DNA of 64,000 nt from Deltaproteobacteria bacterium (GTDB lineage: Bacteria > UBA10199 > GCA-002796325 > JACPFF01), in NCBI GenBank assembly GCA_016210045.1, contig JACQUX010000038.1:165139-229138 (forward strand). Direction: 5' to 3'. Positions 46,961-56,515 of the stretch are shown in pieces. The position numbers and the translations under genes are program-made. The notes under the pieces were generated by a model. The model was given only the letters and a program-made list of their open reading frames with translations. It was not told the DNA's origin and made no database searches. Every line of letters begins with the position of its first letter. Position 1 is the stretch's first letter.

Positions 46961-49148
46961 ACTCCGTCACTTCCACCGGTGTAGTTTGCGGGGGCAGTTG
47001 ATAGCCGGGGTTGATGCCGATGCCGAGTTGTCCCGAGCTTGGATCGCCCCACGCCCAGACAGTGCCGTCGTTCTTGAGCGCCAAACTGTGGCGCATTCCC
47101 GCCGCGACGGCGATCACGCGGTCCAAATTCACGGTCGTGGGGTCGCAAGAGGTCCGGTCGATCGTCGTGCCGTCGCCCAGTTGCCCATTGTCGTTCTCGC
47201 CCCACGCGAAGACGCGGCCGCTCGCATCGATCGCCAAGAAATGGTTGCTATTGGCGCCTAAGCCGGCATCCACGATATTCGACAATGCAGTGACCTGGCG
47301 TGGGCCGGTGTTCCATTCGTTCTCCACGTCGCAATAGCTGCCGCCCCAGACCCAAAGTGTGCCGTCGCGTTTGACGGCCAACGAGACGCCGCTGCCTGCG
47401 GCAATGTCGACGACATCGGAGATCCCGGGGATTTGGGTGGGAGTTGGGACGTAGCGGTCGTCGGGAGACGAATTCGAATCATACGGCGTAATCTCGCCAT
47501 TCACGGACCATCCCCACCCCCACACCGTGCCGTCGCTGCGCAGTGCCAGATTATGAAACGATCCCGCTGCGAGTGTGACGACGTTTGACAGCGAGCCGAT
47601 GAGTACCGGGGTCAAGCGGTCGGTCGTCGTGCCATCCCCCAATTGTCCGGTGCCGTTATCGCCCCAGGCCCAGATCGTGCCGTCGTTGCGCAGCGCAATG
47701 TTGTGACTGTCGCCCGCGCCGACAGTAATGATATTGCTGAGCGACGAAACTTGGATCGGCGTCGGGCTATAGGTCGTGGTCCCGTTGCCGAGTTGCCCCG
47801 AACGATTACTCCCCCACGTCCAGACCGTGCCGTCGCGTGCCCGCGCCACGGCGTGTTGCGGCCCGGCGCTTAGCTGAGTCGCTGCGATGTTCACCACGGC
47901 TGGCGTGAAGACGTTGGTCTGTCCTTCGCCCGTGCCGAGCGTATATTCCACGCCATCATCCACCGCCCACCGGATATAATTGTTGCCCCATCCGTACACG
48001 GTCCCATCGACATCCAACGTGTACGAAGTCACGTTGCCAGCAAAGACGCCGACGAATCCGGTCGACGCGGCAGTGGTCGATGCCAACGTGACGTCATCGT
48101 CCGCCGCACGACCTGGGACGGCGAGCAGCTCTTGGGCGGTGCATCCGCTGGCCGCGCTACCAGCCAGCGTAACGCAGCTTTGCGACGCGCTTTCTCCGTC
48201 GACCGTGTAGGTTGTGTAAAGTTTGCCCGAGGCCGGGGTCCAAGTGGCCGTGAATTCGACATCCGCTTCGGCGCCGAAGTCCGCGTGCGTCCCGAGCACT
48301 GCGGCCTGTACCACGGTGTCGCTGGCCGCGGTCTTGTCGCGGGCGATCGACTGTGACGAGCCCGCCGTTTCGGTCAAGTACGCGTGCGACGTCTCCACGT
48401 CGAACCCGGTGAGATCGGGGAGCGACGTCGACCAATACAGCTCGAGTTGTCGGCTAGTCGTCGCTTGCTGATCCCAGACGCCGCTCAGCACGTAGGTTTC
48501 CACCCCGCGGATCTGCGCGTCTTCGTTGGTGCCGGTGTTGTGCGTCCCGAAGAGGCGGAAACAGCCGGCCCCTTGTCCGGTGTCGTCTTCGGCCGGCAGC
48601 GCGGTGAATTTCCCGACGAAGACGCGGCGATTGTTCACATACAGCCGGACACACATCGGCAGTTCGCCCGCATTGCCCGAACAACTGGCGGAGCAATCGA
48701 CGGTCGAGATCTGTTGATTGGACAGCGCGGGAAACGTGAAGGACGAAAAGTCGAGTCGGTAACTGCTGCCACCTGCCGTCGTGCCGGTGGTCGCGGTCGT
48801 CGCGGTGTTATTTTCGACTTCGATGCCGCTGAGCAACAGCAGCAGCGCGTCTAATCGATCGCTCGCATCGTCGACAAATGAGAGCGCCCGTTCCGGCGCC
48901 CCGCTGCCAGAGAGTGCCTTCGCCGACTTGGCCGCGCTGACACTGCTGCTGCTCGAGCTCACCGTGCCGACGCCGACGCCTAAACTATTAGGGAACGAGA
49001 AGTTGCCGGTGGCGGACGGCAGTTCAATCGGAATCGGCGTGCTGGTTCCTCCGCCGGTCGGGACCCCGGCGCCGCCACAGGCGGCCACGCCGATACACAG
49101 CATCAAGACAGAGATACACCGCCAACACACCTGGGACGGTTTTCGCAT
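46956..49148 (-). CDS. Secreted/lipoprotein RCC1-repeat (regulator of chromosome condensation-like beta-propeller) protein
   Basis: The C-terminal half is seven consecutive ~50 aa repeats of the form ...HxxALxxDGTVWxWGxNxxGQLGxG.... The N-terminus is a signal/lipobox (MLCIGVAACGGAG), then a Thr/Ser-rich region. Confidence 0.8.
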   Translation of the reverse strand: MRKPSQVCWRCISVLMLCIGVAACGGAGVPTGGGTSTPIPIELPSATGNFSFPNSLGVGVGTVSSSSSSVSAAKSAKALSGSGAPERALSFVDDASDRLDALLLLLSGIEVENNTATTATTGTTAGGSSYRLDFSSFTFPALSNQQISTVDCSASCSGNAGELPMCVRLYVNNRRVFVGKFTALPAEDDTGQGAGCFRLFGTHNTGTNEDAQIRGVETYVLSGVWDQQATTSRQLELYWSTSLPDLTGFDVETSHAYLTETAGSSQSIARDKTAASDTVVQAAVLGTHADFGAEADVEFTATWTPASGKLYTTYTVDGESASQSCVTLAGSAASGCTAQELLAVPGRAADDDVTLASTTAASTGFVGVFAGNVTSYTLDVDGTVYGWGNNYIRWAVDDGVEYTLGTGEGQTNVFTPAVVNIAATQLSAGPQHAVARARDGTVWTWGSNRSGQLGNGTTTYSPTPIQVSSLSNIITVGAGDSHNIALRNDGTIWAWGDNGTGQLGDGTTTDRLTPVLIGSLSNVVTLAAGSFHNLALRSDGTVWGWGWSVNGEITPYDSNSSPDDRYVPTPTQIPGISDVVDIAAGSGVSLAVKRDGTLWVWGGSYCDVENEWNTGPRQVTALSNIVDAGLGANSNHFLAIDASGRVFAWGENDNGQLGDGTTIDRTSCDPTTVNLDRVIAVAAGMRHSLALKNDGTVWAWGDPSSGQLGIGINPGYQLPPQTTPVEVTEF

Positions 49149-49290
49149 ATCGTCATGGAAGAGCAAAGGACATGCCGCAGCCCCTCGATGCCAACGCGTC
49201 AATATCGCAACGCTTTTATCCGGCGTATCCGTCCGCCCGGGTAGGCGTTCACCACAAAATCCTCGAAATGAATGAGAATGCACTCATACG

Positions 49291-49380
49291 GCAGTGACTG
49301 GTGGCTAGTGGCTGGGAAATGGGACTCACTTGCTCCGTTCCCCCGCCACCAGTCACACCTTTCCCAGCCACCGCTTTACA
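49291..49380. repeat. CCAGYCA heptamer array with inverted arms (locus 4 of 4), in a divergent promoter region
   Basis: The sequence is cagtgactggtggctagtggctgg...ccgccaccagtcacacctttcccagccaccg. Confidence 0.6.
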
Positions 49381-49413
49381 CCGCCCCGCAGATCGACTAG
49401 CCCTCGCGGACCT

Positions 49414-50358
49414 ATGCAACCGAGCTTGTGGCAACGCCTGCGCTATGCGCCGTGGTTTGTGCAGTTGGTGGTGATCCGCCGCTGCAATTTGAGCTGCGGG
49501 TATTGCAACGAATTCGACAAGACCTCCGCGCCGGTCCCGTTGGACCTCTTGAAAGCGCGCGTGGATCGGATCAAAGATTTGGGCTCGTTCGGGATCTGTT
49601 TCACCGGCGGCGAACCGACGTTGCACCCCGATCTGCCGGCACTCATTCATTACGCCCGCTATGAACGGCGTTTTCTCCGCACCGGGATGATCTCGAACGG
49701 CACCTATCTGACGCCGAAGTTGATCCAGGCGCTGAACGAGGCCGGACTGCAGGAATTGCAAATCTCGATCGACGGTGTGCAACGCAACGAAACGACCGAA
49801 AAGGTGTTGAACAATTTGCGCAAACGCTTGGAGGCGCTCCGCGAACACGCCACGTTTAATGTTACGGTCTCCGGGGTCGTCGGCGCGTGTCCGCCGGAGG
49901 AGAGTTTCGAAGTCATCGCGTATGCGAAACAGATGGGTTTTCGTCCGCGCGTGTTACTGGTGCACGGCGCTGACGGACAGATTCGGCTGACGGCAGAGCA
50001 GTTGCAAGCGTATCACGAAATCCAAAAGAGTATCGGCCGGCATCTGTTCGAACCGTCGGCGTATCGGCATCGCTTGATCACCACGGGCCGCGCGCCGTTC
50101 AAGTGCCGCGCCGGAAGCCGCTATTTGTACGTCAACGAATTCGGGATGGTGCATTGGTGTTCGCAGACCAAGCAATATTTCGGCAAGCCGTTGGCCGAGT
50201 ATACGTTCGACGATTTGAAGCAACAATTCCACACCCCGAAATCCTGCGCCGATCGCTGCACGCTCGGCTGCGTCCGCTCCGCCAGCGCGTTCGATGAATG
50301 GCGCGGCCAAACGGCACTCGCTACGCAAGCGCCCGCCGCGGCCTCCAACTCCCGCTAG
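49414..50358 (+). CDS. Radical SAM protein, possibly with a C-terminal auxiliary Cys cluster
   Basis: CNLSCGYC (CxxxCxxC) sits near the N-terminus after the start MQPSLWQRLRY.... GGEPTL glycine-rich SAM motif. C-terminal cysteines: C..C....WC and CADRCTLGC. The ORF-track upstream extension is encoded by the heptamer repeat and is rejected. Confidence 0.75.
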   Translation: MQPSLWQRLRYAPWFVQLVVIRRCNLSCGYCNEFDKTSAPVPLDLLKARVDRIKDLGSFGICFTGGEPTLHPDLPALIHYARYERRFLRTGMISNGTYLTPKLIQALNEAGLQELQISIDGVQRNETTEKVLNNLRKRLEALREHATFNVTVSGVVGACPPEESFEVIAYAKQMGFRPRVLLVHGADGQIRLTAEQLQAYHEIQKSIGRHLFEPSAYRHRLITTGRAPFKCRAGSRYLYVNEFGMVHWCSQTKQYFGKPLAEYTFDDLKQQFHTPKSCADRCTLGCVRSASAFDEWRGQTALATQAPAAASNSR

Positions 50359-50360
50359 AA

Positions 50361-50437
50361 TACATCCGAGTGGGGACAGGTACCTTCAAACGCTGTATTG
50401 ACAATGGTTTGAAGGTACCTGTCCCCACTCGGATGTA
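50361..50437. repeat. Palindromic hairpin element, family copy 3 (perfect 31 bp arms TACATCCGAGTGGGGACAGGTACCTTCAAAC); likely bidirectional terminator
   Basis: The sequence tacatccgagtggggacaggtaccttcaaac-gctgtattgacaatg-gtttgaaggtacctgtccccactcggatgta lies between convergent radical SAM and DedA genes. Confidence 0.75.
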
Positions 50438-50450
50438 TTTGATTGCGATG

Positions 50451-51161
50451 CTACGCTGCACCGCCGGCATGGTGCGCGCGGCGGCGTTCGCGCCATGCGG
50501 TGATCACGGCCGGGAGCAGTGAGAGGCCGATGATGGCGAAGATCACCAGGCTGAAATGTTCTCGGACCGTCGGTAAATTGCCGAAGCCGAAGCCGGCGCC
50601 GACGAAGCCGCCGACCCACAACGCGGTGCCGACGACGCTGAAGGTCAGGAAGCGCGGATAGTGCATCCGGCCGATCCCGGCGACAAACGGCGCGAAGGTG
50701 CGCACGATTGGCGCGAAGCGGGCGATGATCACCGTCTTGCCGCCGTGCCGCGCGTAAAAGGCGTGCGTTTGATCGAGATGGCGCCGATTCAGGAAGCGAT
50801 GTCGTGCATCGTGAAAGAGGCGCGGGCCCACTACGCGGCCGATCCAATAATTCGTCGAGTCGCCGGCCACCGCCGCGCCCGCCAATACTGCCAGCACGGA
50901 TGCGCAGTCCAACGCACCGGTCCCCGCCAATGCCCCCGCCGCAAAGAGGAGCGAGTCGCCGGGGAGGAACGGCGTGACGACCAGGCCGGTCTCGCAGAAG
51001 ACGATCAGGAAGAGGAACGCATAAATCCACGGGCCGTACATCGCCGCGAGCGCCACCAAGTGGCGATCGATATGCAGGACGAAGTCGATCACGAGGGGGA
51101 TGCCTTGCCAGAGCCAGTCGAGCATGAGGCGGCTCATAGCGGATGCAGAGATTTGAGACAA
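50451..51161 (-). CDS. DedA/VTT-domain family membrane protein
   Basis: 236 aa with the DedA signature region (...FCETGLVVTPFLPGDSLLFAAG...) and re-entrant helices. Confidence 0.85.
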   Translation of the reverse strand: MSQISASAMSRLMLDWLWQGIPLVIDFVLHIDRHLVALAAMYGPWIYAFLFLIVFCETGLVVTPFLPGDSLLFAAGALAGTGALDCASVLAVLAGAAVAGDSTNYWIGRVVGPRLFHDARHRFLNRRHLDQTHAFYARHGGKTVIIARFAPIVRTFAPFVAGIGRMHYPRFLTFSVVGTALWVGGFVGAGFGFGNLPTVREHFSLVIFAIIGLSLLPAVITAWRERRRAHHAGGAA

Positions 51162-51223
51162 GGTTTTGACAGCGCCGCAAATTGCGCTATGGGAGACAGC
51201 TCAACAGGACAACAGGGGGAACT

Positions 51224-52603
51224 ATGCGACGACGAATCAGCTTCGTACTGATTGGACTGCTCAGTGCTGCGGCCTATGCCGCCGGATGTGGAGGGAGTGG
51301 CACGACAACGACGACCGAAAGTGGGCTGGGAGACGCGACGAATATTACCGGCACCGTCTACGCCCCGAGCGGGTTGACCGGCGTTGCCGGTGCCTCGGTC
51401 TATGTCCCGGGCGGCGTTACGAGCAACGTCACGGCCTCGAAGGCCGTGACCGATCCGGCCGATGACGGGACGACGTGCGACGACCCGCCCGAAACAGCCT
51501 GTGCCAGCACGTGTACCCAGGCCAACGGGACGTTTGCGTTAGACGTCAGCGCATGCGCCGACTCTGCCACGTCGATCAAATTCGCGAAGGGATCGTTTAC
51601 CAAGACCACGACATTGGATTGCGGGACCGACACGACCTGCACCTTAGTCGCGACCGATACCACGTTCGCCGCGACGGTCGTGAGCATGGCCGTGGTCTCG
51701 GGCGCATACGACAACATGGAAGACGTCTTGGCAAAATTGGGCTTCGGCACGTTGGACGCAACCGGACATCTCACGATCGGCACGGAACAGTTCGCGATCT
51801 ATCGCGGCGGCGGCAGTATCGACAGCCAGCTGACCGACACGGATCGCTATAAGGCCTCCACGACACTCTTTTCCGATATCGACGAGTTGAAAAAATACAG
51901 CATCATCTTCATTAATTGTGGGGCCGACGAATCCTTAGTGACGACCGACGAAAATGCGTTGCCGAGTTTCAATTTCAAGTCCCATCAGAAAACGGCTCAT
52001 GTCCATAAGTCGCTGCCGGCGGCGGTCGTCAGTAATCTCCAAACGTATGTGCAAGACGGCGGACGATTGTATGTCACCGATTTGGCCTATGACTTCATCG
52101 AACAATCGTTCCCCGCCGTCATGGACTTTGAAGGCGACGGGACCGATGCGAGCACGGCGGAAAATTACGGCGAGGCGCAACTCGGCACGTCGGGCATCGT
52201 GTCGGACGCGACCGTCAACGACGCGACGATGCAGTCATGGCTCAGTTCGCAAACGAGCAACACGATCGCCAGCACCGGGGCACCGAGCAGTAGCGAGTGC
52301 ACGACGACGGAAAACGGCAGCACGACCGCGTTGAATGCCAATAATACGATCCGGATCGGCGACTTCCTCTCCGGCTGGGCGGTGATGAACAGCGTCCATA
52401 ACGGACAGGACACCAAGATCTGGCTGACCGGCCCCGTCAGTTTCAGCGGCGGTTCCGGCGATCGTCCGCTGACGATCACGAAGACGGTCGGCAGCGGCAA
52501 GGTCCTCTATTCGTCGTACCACACCGCCCACTCCTGCCCCACGACCGGCGCGTGGCCGCAGGAACGTGTGCTGCAATATTTAGTCTTCGACGTAGCGGAT
52601 TAG
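51224..52603 (+). CDS. Hypothetical Thr/Ser-rich lipoprotein with carboxypeptidase-regulatory-like beta-sandwich segment
   Basis: Lipobox ([15 protein letters not shown]). The [25 protein letters not shown] segment resembles CarbopepD_reg-like domains. Ends 11 nt before gmd. Confidence 0.5.
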   Translation: MRRRISFVLIGLLSAAAYAAGCGGSGTTTTTESGLGDATNITGTVYAPSGLTGVAGASVYVPGGVTSNVTASKAVTDPADDGTTCDDPPETACASTCTQANGTFALDVSACADSATSIKFAKGSFTKTTTLDCGTDTTCTLVATDTTFAATVVSMAVVSGAYDNMEDVLAKLGFGTLDATGHLTIGTEQFAIYRGGGSIDSQLTDTDRYKASTTLFSDIDELKKYSIIFINCGADESLVTTDENALPSFNFKSHQKTAHVHKSLPAAVVSNLQTYVQDGGRLYVTDLAYDFIEQSFPAVMDFEGDGTDASTAENYGEAQLGTSGIVSDATVNDATMQSWLSSQTSNTIASTGAPSSSECTTTENGSTTALNANNTIRIGDFLSGWAVMNSVHNGQDTKIWLTGPVSFSGGSGDRPLTITKTVGSGKVLYSSYHTAHSCPTTGAWPQERVLQYLVFDVAD

Positions 52604-52614
52604 CGAGGGCGTCT

Positions 52615-53655
52615 ATGGCGCGCGCGTTGATTACCGGGATTACTGGGCAAGACGGGTCCTATTTAGCGGAGTTCTTGCTGGCGCAAGGCTACGAAGTTCA
52701 TGGCCTGATCCGGCGGGCCAGCACGTTCAACACCAAGCGGATCGATCACCTTTATACCGATCCGCATACGTCGACCGCAGCGCTGCAGCTTCACTACGCT
52801 GACTTGGCCGACGGCGGCCAGCTGACCCATTTAGTCTACCAAATCGCCCCGGACGAAGTGTATCACTTGGGCGCACAGAGCCACGTGCGGGTCAGTTTCG
52901 ATCTGCCGGAGTACACCGTCGACATCACGGGGCTCGGGACCGTGCGCCTGCTGGAAGCGATTCGGCGCAGCGGCATCACAACGCGATTTTATCAAGCGTC
53001 GTCTTCGGAAATGTTCGGCGATGCGCCCACGCCCCAATCGGAGCAAACGCCGCTGCGTCCGCGCAGTCCGTATGCGATCGCGAAAGTGGCGGCGTATTGG
53101 TCGGTCGTCAATTATCGCGAGGCGTATGGGCTCTTCGCCTGTAACGGCATCTTGTTTAATCACGAATCGCCGCGGCGTGGCGAGACGTTCGTCACCCGCA
53201 AGATCACGCGCGCGGTGGTCGCGATCAAGGCAGGACGCCAGGAGAAGCTCTACTTAGGCAATCTGCAGGCCTGCCGCGATTGGGGCTTTGCGCCGGAGTA
53301 TGTGGCGTGCCAATGGCGGATGTTACAACACGACACGCCGGACGATTACGTGATCGGGACCGGAGAGACGCATCGTGTGCAGGAATTCGTGGAAGCGGCG
53401 TTTGCGTATGCCGGACTCGATTGGCGGGTGCATGTGGCGGAAGATCCACGTTACTTGCGCCCCACCGAAGTGGAGTGTCTGCAAGCGGATGCGAGTAAGG
53501 CGCGGCGGATCTTGGCATGGGAGCCGCGGGTGCGATTTCACGATCTGGTCGCGATCATGGTCGACGCGGATCTGCGGGACGCCGGGCTTCCGGCACCGGG
53601 GCGGGGGGCCGCGGCGCTGGAGCGGGCGGGATTGACGTGGTTGCAACGGTGGTAA
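52615..53655 (+). CDS. gmd: GDP-mannose 4,6-dehydratase
   Basis: Starts [22 protein letters not shown] (Rossmann GxxGxxG). Contains the catalytic YxxxK region ([10 protein letters not shown]) and the characteristic ...[17 protein letters not shown]... block. Confidence 0.9.
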   Translation: MARALITGITGQDGSYLAEFLLAQGYEVHGLIRRASTFNTKRIDHLYTDPHTSTAALQLHYADLADGGQLTHLVYQIAPDEVYHLGAQSHVRVSFDLPEYTVDITGLGTVRLLEAIRRSGITTRFYQASSSEMFGDAPTPQSEQTPLRPRSPYAIAKVAAYWSVVNYREAYGLFACNGILFNHESPRRGETFVTRKITRAVVAIKAGRQEKLYLGNLQACRDWGFAPEYVACQWRMLQHDTPDDYVIGTGETHRVQEFVEAAFAYAGLDWRVHVAEDPRYLRPTEVECLQADASKARRILAWEPRVRFHDLVAIMVDADLRDAGLPAPGRGAAALERAGLTWLQRW

Positions 53656-53659
53656 GTCG

Positions 53660-54619
53660 ATGACGACGCGCGCGAAAACAATCTATGTCGCGGGGCACAC
53701 GGGTTTAGTGGGGCATGCGTTGTGCCCGCAAATACAAGCGGCCGGATGTGCGCGGCTCGTGGTGCGGACGCATCAGGAATTGGAATTGACCGATCAAGCG
53801 GCCGTCGACGCGTTCTTCGCGGCGGAACGGCCCGACAGCGTCGTGTTGTTGGCGGGGCGCGTGGGCGGCATTCTCGCGAACAACACGTATCCGGGCGATT
53901 TCATCGAGCAGAATCTCTTGATCCAGACCAACGTGCTGCGCGCGGCATTGCGGGCGCATGTGCGGCGACTGCTCTTTTTCGGCAGCGTCTGTATTTATCC
54001 GCGCGAGGCGGCGGTGCCGGTGCGGGAAGCGGCGTTGCTGACCGGGCCATTGGAAGCGACCAACGATGCCTATGCCGTGGCCAAGATCGCCGGCATTCTG
54101 CAATGCCACGCGTACAATCGCCAACACGGGACGCAGTATCTCGGGCTGATGCCCGCGAATTTATATGGTCCGCACGACAATTTTCATCCGCACGACGCGC
54201 ACGTCATTCCGGCACTGCTGCGTCGCTTTCACGAGGCCGCGCAGCGCGGCGATGCGAGCGTAACGCTGTGCGGAACCGGCGCGCCGCGACGGGAGTTCCT
54301 CTTCGCCGACGACTTGGCCCGCGCGGCCGTGCAGCTGTTGCAATTAGACGATGCCGCGTGGGGCGCGTTGTTGGCGGAATCCCGCTATCCGATCGTGAAT
54401 GCCGGGAGCGGCGAAGAGGTGACGATCCGGGACTTGGCCGAACAGATTCGTGCGCTCACCGGATTTCGTGGCGAGATCGTCTGGGACACGACCAAACCCG
54501 ACGGCACGCCGAGCCGCATGATGGACAGCACGCGGATGCGCCGCCTGGGTTGGCAACCGCTGGTCCCGTTGTCCGCAGGCTTGGCGCAGGCCTATCGGTG
54601 GTTTGCGGGCCGCAAGTAG
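53660..54619 (+). CDS. fcl: GDP-L-fucose synthase (GDP-4-keto-6-deoxymannose 3,5-epimerase/4-reductase)
   Basis: Starts IYVAGHTGLVGHAL. Contains YAVAKIAG (YxxxK) and ...LYGPHDNFHPHDAHVIPALLRRFHEA..., typical of Fcl/WcaG. Confidence 0.9.
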   Translation: MTTRAKTIYVAGHTGLVGHALCPQIQAAGCARLVVRTHQELELTDQAAVDAFFAAERPDSVVLLAGRVGGILANNTYPGDFIEQNLLIQTNVLRAALRAHVRRLLFFGSVCIYPREAAVPVREAALLTGPLEATNDAYAVAKIAGILQCHAYNRQHGTQYLGLMPANLYGPHDNFHPHDAHVIPALLRRFHEAAQRGDASVTLCGTGAPRREFLFADDLARAAVQLLQLDDAAWGALLAESRYPIVNAGSGEEVTIRDLAEQIRALTGFRGEIVWDTTKPDGTPSRMMDSTRMRRLGWQPLVPLSAGLAQAYRWFAGRK

Positions 54620-54646
54620 AGCATTTTCCATAAGAGGGACGGGCTG

Positions 54647-56515
54647 TCATCCCGGGAACCCGCTACACCACGCCCGCCACATGCCGCGATATGCCGCTTC
54701 CAAGTCGCGTGTGAAGGCCGCGGCGTCGCAGAGCGAAGATGCTCGCATCCGGTCACGCAATTGCGCACGCCAGGTTGCGAGCTGGTCCGGATCGTTGGCG
54801 AGCCGCACGGCCGTTGTGACATATCCGGCACGATCATTCGCGATGCATTCAGATAAACCGACGCGCGTAAGCAGACTCGCGCTGACACGTGCGGCATGCC
54901 GATCGCCCCAGGACGCGATGACGGGCACGCCCATCCAGAGTGCCTCGCACGTGGTCGTCGTGCCGTTGTACGGAAATGGATCGAGGGCGAGGTCGAGTTC
55001 CCGATAATACGAAAGCTGATCGCGTCGGTCGGTACTCCACCCGACCAGCTCCAGACGCGCAGCCGCGATGCCGTGCGCCGCGAAGCGCTGCGCCACGAAT
55101 GCGCGCGTCGCCGCGTCGCCGAGCGCCTTGCTCTTGAGCAGCAGACGCGCGGTCGGCACGCCGTGCAGGATCGCGGCCCACGTCTGCAATACGTCGTCGT
55201 TGAGCTTGGCCGGATTGTTGAGCGAACCGAACACGACGTGGCCGCGCTGTCGCGCCGGTAGCGGTCCCACAGCCGGCGCATCGGCGGGCGGGAGATAACA
55301 GTTGAAGCCGTGCGGGAGTCGCCACAATCGCTCGCTGTGAACTGGCTCGGCGCCGTCCGGATCGGTGAGCGCGTCGACCAGGCGATAATCGATCGTCGCG
55401 AGGCCGGTCGTGTTCGGATAGCCGAGATACGTGACTTGGAGCGGCGCCGGCTGTTGTGCGAACACGTCGAGTCGTTCGCCTTCGGTGTGGCCGGCCAAGT
55501 CCACTAGGATGTCGATCCGGTCCGCGACGATCTGTGCCGCGATCTCGTTGGTGGCGCGGCGATGAATCATCCGCCAGAAATCACCGTAACTTTGCAGCCG
55601 CGTGGTCGTGGCGTCGGGTTGGGCCACGTTGGCGTAACAAAACAGTTCAAACACGGCACGATCGTGTTGTTGCAGAAACGGCTCGATGAAATAGACGCAC
55701 GCGTGCCGCCGAAAATCGGGCGAGACATATCCGATACGCAGCCGTCGATTCGGGTCGCGATCGTGGTCCGTACCGACGATTGTTCGCACCGGCTGCCGCT
55801 GCCCCCACGCGCGGTGTTGCGCAGCGACGGAGGCAGTGCTCAACGACGGATGGTAATTCAAGTTCAGTAAATGGTTGTGCCATGCCTCACGATAATCCGG
55901 TTTCAATGCGGTCGCCTGTTCCAACGCGGCCAACGCCTCCACAATCCGTCCTTGGGCGGTGAAAATGGCACTCCGATTGTTCCAAACCTCCGCCAGGATC
56001 GCGGGGTCTTGCGCCGCGCGGTCGAAATATTCCAACGCGCGGCTGAAATTTCCCCACTGCGTATGAATCACGCCTAAGTTGAGCGCGGCGGCGCTTGGAT
56101 TGGCGTCGAGCTCTAAGACGCGCTGATAGCAAGCCGCCGCGGCCTCGAGGTCTCCGTGGTGTTCATGCCAACTGCCTAAGTATTGGTGGGCGCACGCGGA
56201 CGGCGGATTGCAGTCGGCTGCGCGGGCAAGGCATGCCCCGGCCTCGTCGCGTTGTCCCGTTTGCAGATAGACGATGCCTAAGTTAAGCCACGCATCGCCG
56301 TGCTGCGGCTCCCGTTCCACGACCTGTTGGAGATGGGTAATCGCCTCGGCCGATGCTCCGTGCTGTGCACACGCGGTGCCCAGCAGAATGCGGACTTCCA
56401 CAGACTCCGGCAGTGCCGCTAAGACCGTGCGATAGCCGTCGATCGCTGCTTTGAGACGACCTTGTTGTTGATCGGCGATGGCGTGATCGAGCAACGTGGC
56501 GAGTTCCGGCGTCAC
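54647..56515 (-). CDS. TPR-repeat glycosyltransferase, O-GlcNAc-transferase-like (GT41 family)
   Basis: N-terminal TPR repeats. The C-terminal catalytic region (...LRIGYVSPDFRRHACVYF...PLQVTYLGYPNTTGLATIDYRLVDALTDP...) matches SPINDLY/OGT-type transferases. The start is probably the GTG overlapping the upstream gene's stop (TTGTGA); the ORF-track ATG at 56677 would overlap the upstream CDS by 165 nt. Confidence 0.7.
   Translation of the reverse strand: MTPELATLLDHAIADQQQGRLKAAIDGYRTVLAALPESVEVRILLGTACAQHGASAEAITHLQQVVEREPQHGDAWLNLGIVYLQTGQRDEAGACLARAADCNPPSACAHQYLGSWHEHHGDLEAAAACYQRVLELDANPSAAALNLGVIHTQWGNFSRALEYFDRAAQDPAILAEVWNNRSAIFTAQGRIVEALAALEQATALKPDYREAWHNHLLNLNYHPSLSTASVAAQHRAWGQRQPVRTIVGTDHDRDPNRRLRIGYVSPDFRRHACVYFIEPFLQQHDRAVFELFCYANVAQPDATTTRLQSYGDFWRMIHRRATNEIAAQIVADRIDILVDLAGHTEGERLDVFAQQPAPLQVTYLGYPNTTGLATIDYRLVDALTDPDGAEPVHSERLWRLPHGFNCYLPPADAPAVGPLPARQRGHVVFGSLNNPAKLNDDVLQTWAAILHGVPTARLLLKSKALGDAATRAFVAQRFAAHGIAAARLELVGWSTDRRDQLSYYRELDLALDPFPYNGTTTTCEALWMGVPVIASWGDRHAARVSASLLTRVGLSECIANDRAGYVTTAVRLANDPDQLATWRAQLRDRMRASSLCDAAAFTRDLEAAYRGMWRAWCSGFPG

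Noticed and set aside
21661-49380. Heptamer tandem arrays as a possible CRISPR array
   Set aside because: The units are 7 bp with no spacers, whereas a CRISPR array has 25-40 bp repeats separated by unique spacers. No cas genes are present.
49330-49413. N-terminal extension of the radical SAM ORF (MLRSPATSHTFPSHRF…)
   Set aside because: It is encoded by the CCAGYCA repeat block, which gives the PATSH translation. The conserved CxxxCxxC lies shortly after the downstream Met at 49414.
49414-50358. Assignment of the radical SAM protein as hopanoid enzyme HpnH because an MMPL (HpnN-like) transporter is 10 kb away
   Set aside because: There is only generic radical SAM similarity. No shc or other hpn genes are in the window, and MMPL transporters have many substrates. 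The call is left as a generic radical SAM protein.
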